A stretch of DNA of 64,000 bases from Pseudogymnoascus verrucosus (Eukaryota). Shown here in pieces: positions 57,661 to 64,000 of this stretch. The position numbers were made by a program, and so were the translations under genes. The notes under the pieces were generated by a model, which searched no databases, was not told the origin of the DNA, and was given only the letters and a program-made list of their open reading frames with translations. The stretch lies in the NCBI GenBank assembly GCA_001662655.1, contig KV460220.1, one strand, 5' to 3'. How positions within the stretch are numbered: position 1 is the stretch's first letter; each line of letters begins with the position of its first letter.

Positions 57661-60339
57661 CCCAGGGTTATATTGGGGGTTGGTGCGGGGTGATGGGTCA
57701 TCGTCGATTTGCGTGTGTTGTGTTGTAGCTCGGCGTGTGAGGCTGGCTTGGCTGGCTGGCTGTTGGGAAGGCTCGGCGGCCGGCTGGCCTAGGCAGAATT
57801 GGTGGGTGAGTGGTGGCTTGTTGGGCGATAAGGGATTTTTTTTTGGTGCTAGCCTTATCGGAGGGTTTTTTTGGCACGTGATATGGGGTTGCGGGTTTAT
57901 TTTCGGGGATTTTTTAGATTTTTGGATGGGGGTTCTTGGGGAAGGGGGAGAAGTGGAGCGTGGGTTGTTGATTGGTTGTTAGGGATCGGAAGGGCTACTC
58001 TATCTCGCCGTCGTCTCTAGGCTGTGGGATCTTCCCCTCCTACCCTTCTGAAGTAAGGAGCTGTGGCGGCGATGAGGCTGATCTTGGTAGGGTAGGTATA
58101 CATTCACGTTAGCACAGCAGGTACGGAAATCCCTCCGCAGGGCGTTATGTTATCAGGGAATTTTAGAGTCCAGAGCTGGCACTAAGGCACAGCTTGACAG
58201 GCTACACACGCAAGGCAGCTAAGCCACCCCGCCGTCCTTGGCTGTTTGTTTGGAGGAATGATGGGCGTCGGCTTCAGACAGTGCCGGCGATGATGATAAC
58301 AGATAGACCAAGCCTGAGAGACGGAGCCAGCCAGCCAGATCAAACAAACAAACAAACATCCAAGGTTCGGACCGCGCATCTCAGTCATCTCACTCGGTCG
58401 GCCGTACTCCCTACTTGTAAACGCGACGCGGTCGTGGGGCGCGGTAGAGTACGAAGAGTACAGTCAGGACTCTACATATAGGACTCAGAGGACCCATGAA
58501 GTACAAACCATAATCCTGCCCCTTCCAGACGATTACGATAGGGTGTGGTTTGTACCGAGAACCCTTTCCGTCGTTTCTCCTCGTATCGCCATAATTGGCC
58601 ATTTCGTTTGATAGATGGCCCCTCGTATGGAGACTGTACTAACTCACAGAACCCAGTATGTATGGATGGTACTTGTTATTGTAAAGTAGTACTTGGTGCA
58701 GTAGAGTGAGAAAGTCGAGTGGGCTAGGCGGGTCCACTACATGGCGCGTCCGCATGCAGCAGAGCGTGAAAGTCAGTACTGTACAGTACCGCAGTAATAC
58801 CATAGTAAGCATACTATGATGATATGCTGTGGAGTGAGATGAGATTGTGAGATGATGGGCGGCGGCGACTCGGGAACTGTAGTCGCCGAGAAGTGTAGCA
58901 CTGGTACTGGTAGTGGTACTCGCACACTCCAGCTGCGAGGGAGGGATGGGATGCATATCTACAGCATGCACTGCACGGCACCACCGCATCACCGGATCGC
59001 CGTACTTGCCGCGCAACAAGATCCAGGACACGGTACGTATAGTAGCATCAACCCCCTTACCCCATCAGCGCCCAACAACAGATCCCCTGGAACGTGCGTA
59101 CCGCCCTCCTCGGCCGAACTCTCCGTTCGGTGACGAGACTGGACTTAGTATAGACACCGTCGCTAGGGCTAGGCAACCTGGCAGGATAAGATACTCTCGC
59201 GCGCGCGCCTTCCAACCATCTCGAAGCGCTCTCGCATCCCCTTTCGGCACTGAAACCGCGCGGGGACCAGCGAGTCGCCCAGACTCTTCGTGTTGGGTCT
59301 GGTCTGGGTGGTCTCACCACAGCACAGCACGACCTCGCACTCGCACTCGCTCTCGTGTCGTGACTTGCTCACTCGCCGGGGAAAGAGGGCGCCAAGGGCC
59401 TGCCGCGCTGCTGCGCCTCGGGGTGAGGACGACGCTTTTGTCGTTCCTGGGGTTGGTATGCTGTGTAGTGGTGTTGTGTGGTGCTGTGGGTGGTGGTATG
59501 TGGCGCTGTGTGTGTGTTGTGCGTGCTGTGCTGTGCTGTGTTGTGCTGAGACATGATGTTTGCGTGTACACCACTCTCTATACGGGTGTGTTTCGTGTGG
59601 TTAGTGTGTCAGTGTGTCCCTGTGTCTCTTGTCTGGTCTTGGGATGCAGGGTCGAAGGGGACGGATGGAGGGTTGTGTGTGGAGTCTGAGTCGCACGCAC
59701 GCTCGATTCAGAATCGGGAGAAAGTGGGTTGGGGGTGACGGTCGATGGTGATGATGGTGGTCGTGGTGGTGACGACGACTTGCTGGGGACCTCCTCTAAC
59801 GGGGGATCGTCCGGGTTTGGGTTTGAGCAGTTTGTTTAGATACCCGCTACCGCTAAGACAATTGCGAGTTTTTCGGTTTCTCTTCTGCGGGAAAGTGCGT
59901 CCGGTGCATCCGCGAGAATGGGTGATGGAGCTGACTGATCTTGATCTGGATGGGACGCGTTGCTTGGCGGAGATTGGCATCGCTGGTTTGGTTTTTTGTA
60001 TGGGGATTTGTATGGGGATTGTATGGAGTCTTGGCTTTTTGGTGGTGCTGACGGTACAGAGTCAGTTTGAGTCTGGTACTCTTTTTTAAGTCGCTGGCAA
60101 AGTAACTCACTCACTCGCTCGATATGCCGCGATGGGAGACATTTCTGCTGAACAGGACAGGTCAGGACAACGCTGAATCTTACTGCATGCGGTGTTGAGA
60201 GACGCTGATTACATTACAGCATCACATCATCAGAGTTGCCGTGTTGAACCCATGCCCAGGAACTACAGTATGTATGGCTACCAATAGTGCGTACAAGGAG
60301 TGGGCAACTCAGACTTTATCGGCGTCGATGTCGATGCTA

Positions 60340-60385
60340 CTAGTAGTAAGTAGTAGTAGTAGTATAGTAGTAGTAGTGTAGCAGT
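60340..60385. repeat. Degenerate (TAG)n microsatellite
   Basis: Run of TAGTAG units. Confidence 0.7.
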
Positions 60386-60899
60386 AGAGAGTAGAGGACA
60401 GAGTGAGCACAAAATGAAATTAATTAAACTGGAGATAAGGGTCCTCAGGGTGTATGTGTTCAGTAGGGTGCTATGTGATGTATATATTATTGACAATAGT
60501 AGGTGGGAAGATAGCTAGATGCTATAGATCCCATACATAGTACAGTACAGTATGTGTAGCAGCATACAAGTACACAAATAGATCTCAACTATCCAACTGT
60601 TAATCCTCAAACCCTTAAAAGCCCAGCCCATAAACCCATCCATTAAGAACCTTTTTCTTCCTTCCCTTCCCTTCCTTGCTGCCCGGATCGACATCGCTGT
60701 CCCTGGTACGCCACATAACAAACCACATACGTAGGGATCAGTCGGGATAAAGTAAGGATACGATATGGTAAAGTACTACAGTAAGTAACTAACGGATAGT
60801 GGAGTAGGGATAGAGTAAGTACCCTTAGTGTAAATTTAGCTCCAGAACCCTCCCAGAAACTACTAAAAGTACATCCATTCTCCATAACTCCTATAGAGA

Positions 60900-61040
60900 A
60901 AGTTAGTAGTAAAGGTAAGTTAGTAGTAGAGTTAGTAGTGAAGTTAGTAGTGAGTTAGTAATCCCCATAGTCCCCAGTAGTAGTCCCCCAGTTAGTCCCT
61001 CACTCCCCAGTAGTTTTTAGCAGTTTTACTAGTTTTCTAT
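60900..61040. repeat. Low-complexity AGTTAGTAGT / TCCCCAGTAG repeats
   Basis: Four or more AGTTAGTA units followed by repeated TCCCCAGT units. Confidence 0.7.
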
Positions 61041-61626
61041 GTACTTCCCCTACCAACAACAATACATAAACTACAAGCAGACAGAAACAAAGAGGTGACG
61101 TCCATCGTATCCACTCCAGCGGCACATCAACCTCCAAACGCTAACCACTAACCACCACACCCAACCAGTCAACCCAAGCTCTTCCAACCAAGAAACTGTA
61201 AATAGTCGCAGTATTGCGCCAGTTGCCCTTGGCTGGGGCATTGGCATTTTACATATTCCCGCACATCCCCCCCCCAGGAAAACTAACTCAACACCATCTC
61301 AAGACCTCTCTCGAACCTCTCCGACCTTCTCTTCCTTTACTACCTCAAGATCTATCCTCTCGCTATATCCCCACGTCTCTCTCTCCCGCGACCACTCTAT
61401 CCGCACTCTCCGTCATTCACGCCACTTGGAAACGACCCACCGTGCTTTCACACCGTCATCGTCTCACTTTTTGGCGCTTAAGACTACGAACAAAGGCCAC
61501 CCTTTGAAAAATAACCTCCAAAACCGAACAAGACCCTGAGAAGACCCGGAACCCTGGATTTCTACACCTAGACAAAAAAAGACACCACATTCGTTTATAG
61601 CTCAGAGATCACAAGATATGGTCACC

Positions 61627-64000
61627 ATGGCCAAAAACCGAGGTCAGTCCCGCACATCCCGCCCTCACATCACACCACCCCCCAAAAAGTGTTCTCCCCA
61701 CTAACGTGTCCCCCCCCCACCAACAGTGCTCTCGTTCATGTCGAACTTCTCGAACCGCGACTCCCGCAGCTCGAAAACGCCCTCGCCGCCCGGAGACACT
61801 ATCCCCTTCCCGTCCTTCCCGGAGAAGCCGGAGCAGCAGCAGCAGCAGGATGTTTACCGCTCGAGGTCGCCGCAGCGCGGACCCCAGCAACCTTCGAATA
61901 TTAGGGGCTCGCCCACACGGCGCGAGCAGGTGCAGCGGAATCGCGCAAACTCGAGGCCGATATCTATGGTGCAGACATACCAGCCGCCGCTGATGGAGTT
62001 GGGGCAGGATACGCTGCCGGAGCTGCAGCCGGTGTTTACGTACCTGAATAGCCATAGCAATAAGCTGTACCAGGAGGGGTACTTTCTCAAGCTCGATGAT
62101 CAGAATTCCCGTATGTTCTCTTTTTTGTTTATTTTTTATTTTTTATTTTGGGGTTCAAGGATGAGGGAATAGAGTGCTGACCCCCACGCGTGTAGAAGGG
62201 AAGCCAAATTTGGACAGGACGTGGACGGAATGCTTCGCGCAGCTTGTCGGGACGATCTTGTCGCTCTGGGATGCGGCAGAGCTGGATGCTGCGGGATCAG
62301 AGGGCGAGGTTCTGCCAAAATTCATAAATTTGACAGATGCCTCTATCAAAATGGTACGTGGTCCGAGCATCCGCCCAACAGCAAATTCTCACATTATCAC
62401 ACAGATCGAGTCGCTCCCCACGAGATCGAATGACGATCAGCCCCTCAATAATGTTCTCAGTATATCGACGGCAGGTAAGAACAGGTATCTGCTGCATTTC
62501 AACTCGCACCACTCCCTATTGCAGTGGACCGCTGGTATCCGCCTGGCCATGTTCGAGTACGCTACCCTGCAGGAGGCGTACACGGGCGCGCTGATCGCTG
62601 GTAAGGGCAAGTCCCTCAACAACATCAACATCATCCTGGCGCGATCGACATTCAAGTACGAGGACTGGGTCCGCGTGCGATTTGGCGCTGGTACGCCATG
62701 GAGACAGTGCTGGTGCGTCATCACACCACCGGATGAGAAGGAGGTGCACAAGCTACAGAAGGACTTCAATAAGAAGAAGTCGGCGTATGACCGCAGCAGG
62801 CCGCCCGTGGTGAAGGGCGATATTAAGTTCTACGAATCGAGGAAGGTTACGAAGAAGTCAAGGCCGATCGCGTCTATTAGTGATGCGTTTTCGGCCTTTG
62901 CGATTTACCCCCAGTCTAAGGCGCTAATTGAACCGTCAACCTTGATAAAGCTCGAGGGTATCATTACGATTCACTCAGACCCGCCGACGTCTACAGAGGG
63001 CTTTGTTTTTGTTATGCCAGAGGTGCACGCTGCTGTTAGCGGTTTTGAGATCATGCTGAGATGGCTCTTCCCGGTTTTCGACACTTTCGCGCTATACGGA
63101 AGACCTGACCGGTTGGTCGCCGATACGAACGACACGAGGAGTTTGATGTTCGCCATGCCAAATGAGAGGCGCTACGGCTACCTTGACGTTCTTGATGTCG
63201 CCGCTTTGATCTCGGCCGAGGGAAGCCAGAACTGGAGTGAGGGTGAGTGGAGGCGGAGACTGAAGGATTCTACTGCGAAGCGCATGGTTGCCATCAGCCA
63301 GAATGGCGGCAGCAGGCGCGGCAGCAGGAGAAATACATTGAGGGATGGCTTTAACGACAGGGCATCTATCCGCTCCAACCCATCCATTTCATGGGGTCCG
63401 CCACCAGTTGACGTCCCAGCTCCACGCACAGACTCTGCCCCGCCTCTGGAAGGCCCATACCCGCCATATCCGTCAGCCACTCAGGCACAACACCACTCAC
63501 GCTCAGCCTCCGAGGGCTTCCAGAACGGCTTCCCCCTCTACGAAGGATCCGACGTCCCCCCCGCGCCCCCACCACACAGCTCCGGCCTCCGCCACGAATA
63601 CGACGCGACCTCCCCACCCGAACCGACCTACCACGAGGAGGACCACTCCCCCAGCGCCCCCGCACAAGAGCTCCGCGATCTCCAGCTCAGCCCCGGCGGC
63701 GTGGAGCCCGTCTCTCGCCCCCCCGCCTTCTCGCACGCGCCCGGCTCGCTCCCGCCGTCCGCGAAACTGCAGAACTCGCCCGAGCTGCGGCGCGCCAAGA
63801 GCCGCATGTCGAACGGGACGCTGTCGCAGTTTGCGGGCGCGGGAGGAGCGGCGGCCACGCAAGGGGTCGCGCAGTACCGCGCGGGCCTGGAGGAGATGCG
63901 CGTCGCTGATGAGACGAGGAGGGGATTGCCAAGAGGAGTACATGCCGCCGACGACCCTACCCCTGGGATGAATGCTAACATGGCTTCTGGTGCTGAAGGA
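61627..64000 (+). CDS. PH-domain protein, Caf120/Skg3-like; 3' end outside window
   Basis: Mini exon MAKNR (61627-61642), then 'ELQPVFTYLNSHSNKLYQEGYFLKLDD...RTWTECFAQLVGTILSLWDA...VRFGAGTPWRQCW'; three GT-AG introns; frame open to window end. Confidence 0.85.

Noticed and set aside
58913..59689. 258-aa ORF in the long intergenic region
   Set aside because: Non-ATG start; its Val/Cys-rich tail simply translates TG-rich simple sequence.
1..64000. tRNA, rRNA, intact transposase or Starship captain (tyrosine recombinase) genes
   Set aside because: None recognised by eye; tRNAscan-SE, Infernal and HMM searches would be needed to exclude them formally.

Overview
Eukaryotic, intron-containing DNA from a filamentous ascomycete. 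The gene style suggests a Leotiomycete such as Pseudogymnoascus, but that is inference only. Bases 1-23.3 kb hold a secondary-metabolite cluster: a fungal-specific TF (5'-truncated), a PDR-type ABC transporter, an MDR/zinc-type dehydrogenase, a non-reducing PKS (SAT-KS-AT-PT-ACP-ACP-TE), a SnoaL/NTF2-like protein, an amidohydrolase-family decarboxylase, a signal-peptide tyrosinase and a spliced bZIP-basic-region gene that the ORF track misses. The enzyme core resembles the Aspergillus nidulans ors (orsellinate/depside/diphenyl-ether) cluster, and its promoters share a repeated RTAAGCR motif. At 25.7-29.4 kb is an NmrA/CipA-like oxidoreductase next to a Zn2Cys6 TF. From 30-42 kb and 50-64 kb the genes are conserved housekeeping genes (Atg13, ankyrin-RCC1-BTB protein, GH76 Dcw1/Dfg5, DUF726, Utp23, Ptc7, Caf120/Skg3-like). 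These are interrupted by a ~7.8 kb accessory island (42.2-50.0 kb) with MITE/foldback repeats, a small secreted 6-Cys effector-like protein between degenerate inverted termini, a UbiA-type terpene cyclase-like gene and an atypical kinase. Four of about 33 manually modelled introns appear to use a GC donor (GCAAGT). All calls come from reading the sequence by eye; no searches were run.
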